From contig NIVC01002617.1 of assembly GCA_002269645.1 (NCBI GenBank), forward strand, positions 92,510 to 156,509: a stretch of 64,000 nt of DNA. The letters are read 5' to 3'. The position numbers were made by a program, and so were the translations under genes. Shown in pieces: positions 18,801-30,246 of this stretch. This DNA comes from Macrostomum lignano. Its lineage: Eukaryota. How positions within the stretch are numbered: position 1 is the stretch's first letter; each line of letters opens with the position of its first letter. The notes below the pieces were generated by a model. It had not been told where the DNA came from. It did not search any database and saw only the letters and a list, made by a program, of their open reading frames with translations.

Positions 18801-21800
18801 CGGGAATTATTCAGGGCCATTGTGGTGTGTGATTCGGGTTATTATGGTGGGTGATTCGGGTTATTATGGTGGGTGATTCGGGTGATTATGGTTGGTGATT
18901 CGGGTTATTATGGTGGGTGATTCGGGTTATTATGGTGGGTGATTCGGGTTATTATGGTGTGTGATTCGGGTTATTATGGTGGGTGATTCGGGTTATTATG
19001 GTGGGTGATTCGGGTTATTATGGTGGGTGATTCGGGTTATTATGGTGGGTGATTCGGGTTATTATGGTGGGTGATTCGGGTTATTATGGTGGGTGATTCG
19101 GGTTATTATGGTGGGTGATTCGGGTTATTATGGTGGGTGATTCGGGTGATTATGGTGGGTGATTCGGGTTATTATGGTGGGTGATTCGGGTTATTATGGT
19201 GGGTGATTCGGGTTATTATGGTGGGTGATTCGGGTTATTATGGTGGGTGATTCGGGTTATTATGGTGGGTGATTCGGGTGATTATGGTGGGTTATTCGGG
19301 TTATTATGGTGGGTGATTCGGGTTATTATGGTGGGTGATTCGGGTTATTATGGTGGGTGATTCGGGTTATTATGGTGGGTGATTCGGGTTATTTATGGTG
19401 GGTGATTCGGGTTATTATGGTGGGTGATTCGGGTGATTATGGTTGGTGATTCGGGTTATTATGGTGGGTGATTCGGGTTATTATGGTGGGTGATTCGGGT
19501 TATTATGGTGGGTGATTCGGGTTATTATGGTGGGTGATTCGGGTTATTATGGTGTGTGATTCGGGTTATTATGGTGGGTGATTCGGGTTATTTATGGTTG
19601 GTGATTCGGGTGATTATGGTGGGTGATTCGGGTTATTATAGTTGGTGATTCGGGTGATTATGGTGGGTGATTCGGGTTATTATGGTGGATGATTCGGATT
19701 ATTTATGGTGGGTGATTCTGGTTATTATGGTGGGTGATTCGGGTGATTCGGGTGATTATGGTGGGTGATTCGGGTTATTATGGTGGATGATTCGGATTAT
19801 TTATGGTGGGTGATTCGGGTTATTATGGTGGGTGATTCGGGTGATTCGGGTGATTATGGTGGGTGATTCGGGTTTATATGGTGATTCGGGTTATTGTGGT
19901 GGGTGATCGGGTCATCGTGGTGGGTGATCGGGTCATTGTGGCGGGTGATCGGGTCATTGTGCCGGGTGATTGGGTCATTGTGTTAAAGGCGACTGAGTCA
20001 TTGTCGTTAAGTCCCGACCCAATCAGCTCACCTCATCGTAGCAGTTGGTGTACTGCGACTGCGACTCCAGCAGGTCCTCCTGCAGCTGCTTGATTGTCCT
20101 CTCCCGATTGGCGAGCTGTGAATTTCAGACGAGCCAGCAAGCCAGCTATGCAGCTCAATTGTCAACAAATCGATAAGGAAGCACAGCACTCACCTCTTCT
20201 TCGCTTCGGCGCTTGACTTCCTCGACTTCTAGCTGGGACTGCGCAAGAGCTTCCTGCAGCCGCTTGATGGTGTCTGACTGCTTGGTCATCTGGAATGCGG
20301 GTGTGCGGGGTGTACAGCTACTTTCTCATCGTCAGGCATGTACACTGCGCCTTGGTGTTGGCCCTCATGAACGCGAATATCATGGCGAACCCCAGATGGA
20401 ATAGCAAATCTACAAGATAGAATCTTAGTTCTACAAAATAGAATCACAGATCTACAGATAGAATAGGAGATCTACAAGATACAATAGGAGATCTACAAGA
20501 TAGAATCGCAGATCTACAAGATAGAATAGGAGATCTACAAGATAGAATCTCAGATCTACAAGATCGAATCACGGATCTACAGATAGAATAGCAGTTCTAC
20601 AAGATAGAATCGCAGATCTACAGATAGAATAGCAGTTCTACAAGATAGAATCACAGATCTACAACATAGAAATAGCAGATCTAAAAGATCGAATCGCAGA
20701 TCTACAAGATAGAATTCCAGATCTATAAGCCGACCCACAGTCACAGGCCCTCACCTCCTGCACTCGATCCTGGTACTTGTTCTTCAGCTTCTGCGTCTCT
20801 CCACTCAGCCTGGCCAGCAGGTCGTCTCGCTGCATCAGCCGCTGGCTGAGCTCCCGGTTGTCGGCTGCCAGCGACTCCAACTCGGCCCGCGTGCCTGCCA
20901 GCTGCTCCTCCCGGCTGCTGATCTGCCTACGGGCGGCCTCCAGCTCACCTGCGCGCGAGCTTAACTCCTGCTGCTGGCCGCGGCTGGCCTCCTGCAGGCG
21001 CTTCGTCTACCACGTGAGGTGGATGGTTGGGGTGGTGGGTGATTGGGGTGGTGGGTGATTGGGGTGGTGGGTGATTGGGGTGGTGGGTGATTGGGGTGGT
21101 GGGTGATTGGGGTGGTGGGTGATTGGGGTGGTGGGTGATTGGGGTGGTGGGTGATTGGGGTGGTGGGTGATTGGGGTGGTAGTTGATTGGGTTGGTGGGT
21201 GATTGGGGTGGTAGTTGATTGGGTTGGTGGGTGATTGGGGTGGTGGGTGATTGGGGTGGTAGTTGATTGGGTTGGTGGGTGATTGGGGTGGTAGGTGATT
21301 AGGGTGGTAGTTGATTTGAGTGGTAGTTGATTGAGGTGGTGGGTGATTGGGGTGCTCGGTGATTGGGGTGGTGGGTGATTGGGGTGGTAGTTGATTGGGT
21401 TGGTGGGTGATTGGGGTGGTAGGTGATTAGGGTGGTAGTTGATTAGGGTGGTAGTTGATTGGGGTGGTGGGTGATTGGGGTGGTGGGTGATTGGGGTGGT
21501 GGGTGATTGGGGTGGTGGGTGATTGGGGTGGTGGGTGATTAGAGTGGGTGTCCGGTAGTCAAAGAGATTCCCTTGATCAGAAATCGCCATCACTCACCTG
21601 CACTCGCAGCTCCTCAGCCCGTTTTCGCGCCTCCTCAGCCTCAGACTTGGCCCGCTGCAGCTCCGCTTCCAGCCTGGCCGACTCCGCCTTGGCCGCCTTG
21701 GCCGACTTGCTGGCCGCCTCCGCCTGCTTCTCCAGGCCGGCGCAGCGCTCCTCCAGCCGGCTGCGCGCCTCCTGCTGCCTGGCCGCCTCCTGCGCCGACC

Positions 21801-24800
21801 GCGCCAGCTCGGCTTCCCGTCGCCGAGTCTCCTCAGCCAACTGTTCGCGCTCCGACTGGCCGCTGGCCGCCGCCGCCTGCACCTTCGACTCCAGCCGGCT
21901 GAGCTCCTCAGCGCTGGCCCGGCACTGCTTCTTGGCCTGGTCCAGATCCCGCTGCAGCTGCTCTGCCGCCGCCTCCCGTCTGCGCCCAGAGTGTTTGAGG
22001 GGAACAGCTATTAGACTGAACTACTGATAGTACTATACTGCTATATTATAATCAAAATCAATTCGATGTCATGGTACACTAACTGGCAATGCCAAGGACC
22101 ACCAGCACTATATCACTGGTTTAGAAGTGCTTGTATGTACTCTTATGATCCCATCGGGTTCACCTGGCCAGCTGTTCGCGCAGTCCGGCCGATTCCTCCT
22201 GGCTGGTGGCCAGCTGCTGCTCCACCTGCTGCAGCAGCTGCTGCCGCTGGCTGACAGCACCTCGCAGCTCGGCCACCTGGCTGTGCAGCCGCTCCTGAGC
22301 CGCCTGGCGCTCGGCCAGCTCCTCCGCCATGCGTTCCGCATCTGCGCCCAGCCGCTGGCACTTGTCCATCAGCTCGGCTCGCTCAGCCCGCCACTGGCCC
22401 TCCCGCTGGCCTAGAGTTCGCTCCAGCTCCTGACGGCGGAGACGCACGGCTTCGAGCTCGCGACCTCGCTCTTCTAGTTGACGCTGCGACTGCTGCGCCT
22501 CGGCCTCGGATCGGCGGGCCCGTTCCTGACTCTCCGTCGAGCGCTGATTGGCGATTTTCAGCTCCTCCTTCAGCTGGCGGATTGCCTGGGAGGCGGTGAG
22601 GCAGAGTAGAGCTACTGATTTTCTAACAGAGATCTTTAAAAGAACAAGTGCTACTTTTTGAAGCTTTCTTTGGATAAAATTGTTTCAAGATCAATGAAAA
22701 ATTGGAAAAAAAACACGTAGAAAATGCCTGCTCACCTCGAATCTCTGATTGGCAGTGCTCATCGCTTCGTTGAATTTCTCCTCCAGAGTCCTGGCGTCAG
22801 TGCGGAGACGCAGCAGCGAGTCGTGCCGCTCGGCGATCTCCGCTGTCAGGGCGTCTCGGGTCTCGTTGGAGCTCGACTGCAGCTTCTGCAGGCTGTCAGT
22901 CAGGCGGCGGACCTGGCGGGTGTGGTGAGGGAGAGTGAAGGGTGAGATGAGGGAGAGTGAGGGGTGAGATAGGGAGAGTGAGGGGTGAGATAGGGGAGAG
23001 TGAGGGGTGAGATGGGGAGAGTGAGGGGTGAGATGGGGGAGAGTGAGGGGTGAGATGGGGGAGAGTGAGGGGAGAGATAGGGGAGAGTGAGGGGTGAGAT
23101 GGAGGAGAGTGAGGGGTGAGATGAGGGAGAGTGAGGGGTGAGATGGGGGAGAGTGAGGGGAGAGATGGGGGAGAGTGAGGGGTGAGATGGGGGAGAGTGA
23201 GGGGTGAGATAGGGGAGAGTGAGGGGTGAGATGAGGGAGAGTGAGGGGTGAGATGAGGGAGAGTGAGGGGTGAGATGGGGGAGAGTGAGGGGTGAGATGT
23301 GGAGAGTGAGGGGTGAGATGAAGTGAAGGATAAGCTGAGATAAAGGTATTAGATAAGGTGATGACATGAAATGCTGATATTAAGGTATGATGCGAAGGCA
23401 TATGATGAAGCCATCAGCAGAAAGGGGTGAGAAGAATGAGTGCTAAGAAGGGATGAGATGAGGGTACGAGATCTGCAGCTATCGGCCCAGCCCACCTGGT
23501 CCAGACAGTCCGCGTGCTGGCTCCGCAGCGTGTCCGCCTCCGACTGCAGCCGACGGGCGAAGGCCTCCTGGCTGGCCGCTTCCTCCTGGGCGATGCCCAG
23601 CTCCCGCCTGAGCTCCCCTGCCTGCTGCTCCAGCTCCTGGCCTCGGGCGTCCGCGGCCGTCAGCTGTTCGAAGGGATTTGGATGGAGAGGGATGAAATCC
23701 CAGTATGGGATCGGATCCATTTTTGCGAACATTTTTGAGTTAAAAACAAACAAAGACGTTAATAAGTTAGTTGCTATGGCACCTCGCTGCTTAGTGGCAG
23801 TTGTATGACACAGTGGTGCGAAATTGCAGCACAACATTGAGGTGAGCCAAGTTGGAGTGTTTGGTGGCGTTGGAGTCTCTCAGGGACATTGGGGTTGTGG
23901 CGTTGGAGTCTCTCAGTGGTTGTGACTTTGGAGTCTCTGAGGGATTGCGGCTTTGGAGTCTCTCAGTGATATTGAGGTTGTGGCTTTGGAGTCTCTCAGG
24001 GATATTGAGGTTGTGGCTTTGGAGTCTCTCAGGGATATTGAGGTTGTGGCTTTGGAGTCTCTCAGTGATATTGAGGTTGTGGCTTTGGAGTCTCTCAGTG
24101 ATATTGAGGTTGTGGCTTTGGAGTCTCTCAGTGATATTGAGGTTGTGGCTTTGGAGTCTCTCAGGGATATTGAGGTTGTGGCTTTGGAGTCTCTCAGTGA
24201 TATTGAGGTTGTGGCTTTGGAGTCTCTCAGGGATATTGGGGTTGTGGCTTTGGAGTCTCTGGGGGATATTGGGGTTGTGGCTTTGGAGTCTCTGAGGGAT
24301 ATTGGGGTTGTGGCTTTGGAGTCTCTGGGGGATATTGGGGTTGTGGCTTTGGAGTCTCTGAGGGATATTGGGGTTGTGGCTTTGGAGTCTCTCAGGGATA
24401 TTGGGGTTGTGGCTTTGGAGTCTCTGGGGGATTTTGGGGTTGTAGCTTTCGAGTCTCTGGGGGATATTGGGGTTGTGGCTTTGGAGTCTCTGGAGGATAT
24501 TGGGGTTGTGGCTTTGGAGTCTCTCAGGGATTGCGGCTTTGGAGTCTCTCAGGGATATTGAGGTTGTGGCTTTGGAGACTCTGAGGGATATTGGGGTTGT
24601 AGCTTTGGAGTCTCTGAGGGATATTGGGGTTGTGGCTTTGGAGTCTCTGGGGGATATTGGGGTTGTGGCTTTGGAGTCTCTCAGGGATTGCGGCTTTGGA
24701 GTCTCTCAGGGATTGCGGCTTTGGAGTCTCTCAGGGATTGTGGCTTTGGAGTCTCTCAGGGATTGTAGCTTTGGAGTCTCTCAGGGATTGCGGCTTTGGA

Positions 24801-27800
24801 GTCTCCCAGGGATATTGGGGTTGTGGCTTTGGAGTCTCTCAGGGATTGTGGCTTTGGAGTCTCTCAGGGATTGCGGCTTTGGAGTCTCTCAGGGATTGTG
24901 GCTTTGGAGTCTCTCAGGGATTGCGGCTTTGGAGTCTCTCAGGGATTGTAGCTTTGGAGTCTCTCAGGGATTGCGGCTTTGGAGTCTCTCAGGGATTGTA
25001 GCTTTGGAGTCTCTCAGGGATTGCGGCTTTGGAGTCTCTAAGGGATATTGGGGTTGTGGCTTTGGAGTCTCTCAGGGATATTGGGGTTGTGGCTTTGGAG
25101 TCTCTCAGGGATATTGGGGTTGTGGCTTTGGAGTCTCTCAGGGATTGTGGCTTTGGAGTCTCTCAGGGATTGCGGCTTTGGAGTCTCTCAGGGATATTGA
25201 GGTTGTGGCTTTGGAGACTCTGAGGGATATTGGGGTTGTAGCTTTGGAGTCTCTGAGGGATATTGGGGTTGTGGCTTTGGAGTCTCTGGGGGATATTGGG
25301 GTTGTGGCTTTGGAGTCTCTCAGGGATTGCGGCTTTGGAGTCTCTCAGGGATTGCGGCTTTGGAGTCTCTCAGGGATTGTGGCTTTGGAGTCTCTCAGGG
25401 ATTGTAGCTTTGGAGTCTCTCAGGGATTGCGGCTTTGGAGTCTCCCAGGGATATTGGGGTTGTGGCTTTGGAGTCTCTCAGGGATTGCGGCTTTGGAGTC
25501 TCCCAGGGATATTGGGGTTGTGGCTTTGGAGTCTCTCAGGGATTGTGGCTTTGGAGTCTCTCAGGGATTGCGGCTTTGGAGTCTCTCAGGGATTGTGGCT
25601 TTGGAGTCTCTCAGGGATTGCGGCTTTGGAGTCTCTCAGGGATTGTAGCTTTGGAGTCTCTCAGTGATTGCGGCTTTGGAGTCTCTCAGGGATATTGGGG
25701 TTGTGGCTTTGGAGTCTCTCAGGGATATTGGGGTTGTGGCTTTGGAGTCTCTCAGGGATATTGAGGTTGTGGCTTTGGAGTCTCTCAGGGATTGCGGCTT
25801 TGGAGTCTCTCAGGGATTGTGGCTTTGGAGTCTCTCAGGGATTGTAGCTTTGGAGTCTCTCAGGGATTGCGGCTTTGGAGTCTCCCAGGGATATTGGGGT
25901 TGTGGCTTTGGAGTCTCTCAGGGATTGTGGCTTTGGAGTCTCTCAGGGATTGCGGCTTTGGAGTCTCTCAGGGATTGTGGCTTTGGAGTCTCTCAGGGAT
26001 TGTAGCTTTGGAGTCTCTCAGGGATTGCGGCTTTGGAGTCTCCCAGGGATATTGGGGTTGTGGCTTTGGAGTCTCTCAGGGATTGCGGCTTTGGAGTCTC
26101 TCAGGGATTGTAGCTTTGGAGTCTCTCAGGGATTGCGGCTTTGGAGTCTCTCAGGGATATTGGGGTTGTGGCTTTGGAGTCTCTCAGGGATATTGGGGTT
26201 GTGGCTTTGGAGTCTCTCAGGGATATTGGGGTTGTGGCTTTGGAGTCTCTCAGGGATTGTGGCTTTGGAGTCTCTCAGGGATTGCGGCTTTGGAGTCTCT
26301 CAGGGATATTGGGGTTGTGGCTTTGGAGTCTGAGGGATATTGGGGTTGTGGCTTTGGAGTCTCTCAGGGATTGCGGCTTTGGAGTCTCTCAGGGATTGCG
26401 GCTTTGGAGTCTCTCAGGGACATTGGGATTGTGGCTTTGGAGTCTCTCAGTGATATTGAGGTTGTGGCTTTGGAGTCTCTGAGGGATATTGGGGTTGTGG
26501 CTTTGGAGTCTCTGAGGGATATTGGGGTTGTGGCTTTGGAGTCTCTGAGGGATATTGGGGTTGTGGCTTTAGAGTCTCTGAGGGATATTGGGGTTGTGGC
26601 TTTGGAGTCTCTGGGGGATATTGGGGTTGTGGCTTTGGAGTCTGAGGGATATTGGGGTTGTGGCTTTGGAGTCTCTGAGGGATATTGGGGTTGTGCATTT
26701 GGAATCTCTCAGGCATATTAGGATTGTGGCTTTGGAGTCTCTCAGGGATATTAAGGTTGTGGCTTTGAGGTTTCTCGGGATATTGGCATTGGGGTTGTGT
26801 CCTTGGGGTCTCAGAAAGACAATGTCCAGTTCAGAGTTACAGCAATGTTGATCAAAAAACTTCAGCAGCACAAAAGTTGTCAGATATTGGCACACCATGG
26901 GTTTCTCGCTGCTCTTATAAGTAAAAAAAACAGATCAGAGCTAATGGAAAGGCCATAGAGAAAAGAGGAAAATGCAGCAGCGCAGTCGCAATCACTCTGG
27001 TACCTCTTCAGTGCGGTTTCTCAGGCTGCCATCTAAGTGGTCAACCTTCACCCGGAGCCGGTCCAGCTGGAATGCGCGGTGCGCGGAGTGTCATCGAGGA
27101 CAAGTCCTTATTGCACTGCCTCAGCTCTGATCCCATCTCCCCTCACTGTCTGATCCCCTCTCCCCTCACTGTCTGATCCCCTCTCCCCTCACTGTCTGAT
27201 CCCCTCTCCCTCTCACTGTCTGATCCCTCTCCGCTCACTGTCTGATCCCCTCTCCCCTCACTGTCTGATCCCCTTTCCCCTCACTGTCTGATCCCTCTCC
27301 CTCTCACTGTCTGATCCCCTCTCCCCTCACTGTCTGATCCCCTCTCCCCTCACTGTCTGATCCCCTCTCCCCTCACTGTCTGATCCCCTCTCCCCTCACT
27401 GTCTGATCCCCTCTCCCTCTCACTGTCTGATCCCCTCTCCCCTCACTGTCTGATACTCTCTCCCCTCACTGTCTGATCCCCTCTCCCCTCACTGTCTGAT
27501 CCCCTCTCCCCTCACTGTCTGATCCCCTCTCCCCTCACTGTCTGATCCCCTCTCCCCTCACTGTCTGATCCCCTCTCCCCTCACTGTCTGATCCCCTCTC
27601 CCCTCACTGTCTGATCCCCTCTCCCTCTCACTGTCTGATCCCCTCTTCCCTCACTGTCTGATCCCACCTCCCAAAAAGCCCCAAGCAGGAAGCGAGCCCC
27701 TACCTCAATCAGCAGCTGCTCCTTGGCCTCCTGGCCCTGTCCGAGCTCCTGACGCAGCTTCCCAATAGTTTCGTCGCGTCGCTTGAGCTCTGATTTGAGC

Positions 27801-29626
27801 AGCTCCACCCGGTCGCCGCTGCCGGCTTCAACGCCGCGGCACCGCGCCTGCAGCCGCGCCAACTCGTCGCTGTCGCGTTGTCGCTGTTCGCGAGCTTCGG
27901 CCAGGTCGGCTTCCAGCGACTTGACGCGACGCTCCGACTGCAGAGTCTGTTTTTGGAAAAAATCGTGGGAGAAATAATTAAGTAGTATCAGTAGCGTTTT
28001 TTATATGATTTTAGGTCTAGGTTGAAAACCGGTGGGTAAACGGCGCGAGTAGCAAGCCGTGGATGAACAACAAAACGACTCTTCATCTCATTAGTTTTGA
28101 CTCACATCGTGAGCACTCCGTCTGAGCTTCTCCTCCAGGCAGCGCACAGCCGCAGTCGAGTCCGACTCAGTCTTGGCAGCCGTGGCCTGCAGAGCCTTCA
28201 GGGATGTCGTCAGCTCGCGGATTTTGGCATCGCGTTCCTCCACCTGGTAGAAATTCAATGAGATCTTTGAGATTGCTGCACTAGATCTTTGAGATCGCTA
28301 GTCTAGATCAATTTTTTAAGCTACCAAAAAACGTAATATGCAGAATATATAAAATATAAAGATAGAAAGATAAAGTCGCAGATCTACAAGATCTACAAGA
28401 CAGAAACCCAGATCTACAAGATAAACTCACAGATCTAAAGGATAGAAGCGCTGATCTACAAGATAGAATCGCAGATCTACAAGATGGAATCACAGATCTA
28501 CAAAGATATAATCGCAGATCTACAAGATAGAATCGCAGATCTACAAAAATAGAATCGCAGATCTACAAGATAGAATCGCAGATCTACAAAGATAGAATCG
28601 CAGATCTACAAGATAGAATCGCAGATCTACAAGAAAGAATCGCAGATCTACAAGAAAGAATCGCAGATCTACAAGATAGAATCGCAGATCTACAAGATAG
28701 AATCGCAGATCTACAAGATAGAATCGCAGATCTACAGATAGAATAGCAGTTCTACAAGATAGAATCGCAGATCTACAAGATAGAATCGCAGATCTACAAG
28801 ATAGAATCGCAGATCTACAAGATAGAATCGCAGATCTACAAGATAGAATCGCAGATCTACAAGATAGAATCGCAGATCTACAAGGATATAATCGCAGATC
28901 TACAAGATAGAATCGCAGATCTACAAGATAGAATCGCAGATCTACAAGATAGAATCGCAGATCTACAAGATAGAATCGCAGATCTACAAGATAGAATCGC
29001 AGATCTACAAGATAGAATCGCAGATCTACAAGGATATAATCGCAGATCTACAAGGATATAATCGCAGATCTACAAGATAGAATCGCAGATCTACAAGATA
29101 GAATCGCAGATCTACAAGATAGAATCGCAGATCTACAATATAACAGAAATCTACCATGGCCAACTCCCAGTTCCATACAAGCAAACACAAAGCTACAGAA
29201 GCCGCAGAATCCCTGGCCCCATCGCACCTGTTTCTTCATCTGGCGCACCCGGTCCCGGCTGGCCGCCAGCTCCGCCTGGGTGTCCAACTCGGCCAGAGCA
29301 GCTTCGCCGCCAGCCGCCGCCGGTGCCGCTCCAGCCTGCATGTTGAACGCCATCAAGGTGAGCCCAGATAAGAGCTGACTGAGATTGAGAATCTCTATTC
29401 TTATAGCATACAGAAGTGAACTCAGAGACTCGCAAACCCTTAGCCAATAAACACAGGGATCAGTCCTCTGGGACCTGAATTCCTTGCTTGCTTCTGCCTT
29501 GCTTCTATCCCCAATTCTCCTTCTTTCCCCTCTCTCTTCCACTCACCACTTCTTTGCTTCAACTTCCTGTGTTCCAAAGCAGCCAGCAAAAATATTTGAA
29601 CTGAGAAATTGGCCAAGTCTGGCCAT
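9833..29626 (-). CDS. Giant coiled-coil protein (about 2,017 aa, 21 exons), PMFBP1/CCDC18-like; apparent 1-nt frameshift near 13294
   Basis: Exons on the minus strand: 29626-29547 (tentative), 29378-29228, 28243-28106, 27946-27704, 27066-27004, 23663-23496, 22912-22736, 22585-22164, 21979-21598, 21006-20755, 20289-20194, 20115-20032, 18776-18372, 18098-17679, 17380-16808, 16337-15964, 15009-14301, 13686-13253, 12832-12152, 10564-10472, 9940-9833 (TGA). All junction phases fit except one. The C-terminal DSELVVSNVNTWVADQKAANEKLGKKIREQSRAIAALQQERDKL resembles recalled human PMFBP1 ([43 protein letters not shown]). Confidence 0.8.
9999..10370. repeat. 30-bp minisatellite (GAATTACTCAGATGCCAAGACTCAAGGGGG), about 12 copies
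   Basis: In the last intron of the coiled-coil gene. Confidence 0.95.
11268..11920. repeat. 23-bp minisatellite (CTAAGGTCACTCTTTGGTTGCCA), about 28 copies
   Basis: Intronic direct tandem repeat. Confidence 0.97.
12853..13165. repeat. 14-bp purine-rich minisatellite (GGAAGGAYGAGGCT), about 22 copies
   Basis: Intronic direct tandem repeat next to the acceptor at 12833. Confidence 0.95.
13757..14116 (-). mobile_element. tRNA-derived SINE, family A copy 2, with a 15-bp target-site duplication
   Basis: The reverse complement begins GGAGGGCATAGTCTAGTGG...CCAGGCTCGATTTC and is collinear with 1034-1372. Flanked by CAGGTCAGTATAACT (13742-13756) and CAGGTTAGTACAACT (14117-14131), 13/15 identical. 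Confidence 0.88.
15095..15394 (-). mobile_element. tRNA-derived SINE sharing the family A central domain, with a different head and tail
   Basis: Reverse-complement head GGTAGCTCAGCAGTAAAAGCG...GGTTCGATTCC (B-box at 15352-15362). The central block CCAACCCC-AAGGCACAG-AGTGTACATGCCTGAC...GGGCTGCTGTACAC is shared with family A. Confidence 0.75.
15376..15884 (-). repeat. 19-bp minisatellite (CCGGTAGCTCAGCAGTAAA on minus), about 27 copies, equal to the SINE's A-box head
   Basis: The first unit is continuous with the SINE head and the units are nearly identical. Confidence 0.95.
16464..16682. repeat. About 37-bp degenerate minisatellite (GGGGTAGAGTTTTTAGAACTGGGG..ATGTACACT), about 6 copies
   Basis: Intronic direct repeat. 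Confidence 0.85.
17411..17655. repeat. Degenerate 15-19-bp minisatellite (GTGTGATCCCATCCT)
   Basis: Fills intron 17381-17678. Confidence 0.9.
18832..19985. repeat. 22-bp minisatellite (GGTGGGTGATTCGGGTTATTAT), about 50 copies
   Basis: Fills intron 18777-20031. Confidence 0.97.
20303..20375 (-). mobile_element. Degenerate fragment of the family A SINE central domain
   Basis: GTGTACAGC...ATCGTCAGGCATGTACACTGCGCCTTGGTGTTGG matches 15247-15310. Confidence 0.6.
20405..20722. repeat. 21-bp minisatellite (GATAGAATCGCAGATCTACAA), degenerate; same family as 28376-29140
   Basis: Direct repeat with a unit identical to the array 8 kb away. Confidence 0.9.
21021..21541. repeat. 16-bp G-rich minisatellite (GGTGGGTGATTGGGGT), about 32 copies
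   Basis: Fills intron 21007-21597. Confidence 0.96.
22925..23330. repeat. 21-bp purine-rich minisatellite (GGGGAGAGTGAGGGGTGAGAT), about 19 copies
   Basis: Abuts the acceptor at 22913. Confidence 0.95.
23862..26770. repeat. 2.9-kb compound minisatellite of 33-bp and 24-bp units sharing GCTTTGGAGTCTCTCAGGGAT, with higher-order duplication
   Basis: Two unit lengths are interleaved. A diagnostic GAGACT variant recurs at 24575 and 25214, 639 bp apart. Confidence 0.97.
27126..27665. repeat. 23-bp pyrimidine-rich minisatellite (CTGTCTGATCCCCTCTCCCCTCA), about 23 copies
   Basis: Fills intron 27067-27703. Confidence 0.96.
28376..29140. repeat. 21-bp minisatellite (GATAGAATCGCAGATCTACAA), about 36 copies
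   Basis: Fills intron 28244-29227. Confidence 0.97.
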
Positions 29627-29715
29627 CGTGATAAAACATAGATTTACCGGCTTTAACTTTAAAGTCAACCTCTCTCTCTCTCTCTCTCTGTGTGCATCTG
29701 GTTCAGTTTGTATTG

Positions 29716-29729
29716 GTTGCCATGGTGAC
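29716..29729. promoter_or_regulatory. RFX X-box motif GTTGCCATGGTGAC about 90 bp upstream of the putative first ATG of the coiled-coil gene
   Basis: 12/14 match to the palindromic X-box GTTGCCATGGCAAC; its position and the ciliary/centriolar class of the gene fit. Confidence 0.6.
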
Positions 29730-30246
29730 GCTTTCAAATCGATAGTAAGAGTAAGAGAATAGTAGAATTGTTGAGCAATCTATTGAATTTCTAACAATGG
29801 TAGAAATTTGACACTCTCTCTAAGCTATTTCTATTCCGGAATGATATTTTTGAATCAAGGACCGCTAAAATTAGATGGACAAGACACTGTGTTTCTTCGA
29901 AAAAAAGGTGGAATTCTCTTATTTTCCTACTAGTGTTTGTTAAAATTGATAGTTTATAACTGTTGTTTTCCGCAAAATTATTTAAAAAAATACAAAACCT
30001 AAGCCTTCAAAAAAACTCCAAGAAACGAAGAGCCCCCCCCCCCCAGTCGATGTTCATTACTCTTTTATTAGCTAAGTTTCTACTGGTAATACTAATAGTT
30101 TTGGCTTGGACTGGGCGCTTCTTTCCAGTCCAGGTACGAGCATTCAGAAGTCCCTGTGTATAAAATTCCTGTACAGGGACGACTGCTCTGGTTCCTAGCT
30201 CAGCTTCCGGCCTCTCGGCAGTCCATGAACAGAGGCGCCGAGTGCT

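Noticed and set aside
20317-20340. Hammerhead-like CTGACGA…GAAA on the minus strand in the SINE core fragment
   Set aside because: There is no stem II between the motifs, and in intact copies CTGAC is paired in a hairpin, so it is not a ribozyme fold.
12368-22414. Long plus-strand ORFs overlapping the coiled-coil exons
   Set aside because: They are antisense shadows of GC-rich coiled-coil codons, with no independent gene structure.
23852-26898. Many long overlapping ORFs (ALESLRD…, LWLWSLSG…)
   Set aside because: They arise from stop-free 33/24-bp satellite units inside an intron, with no splice or start context.
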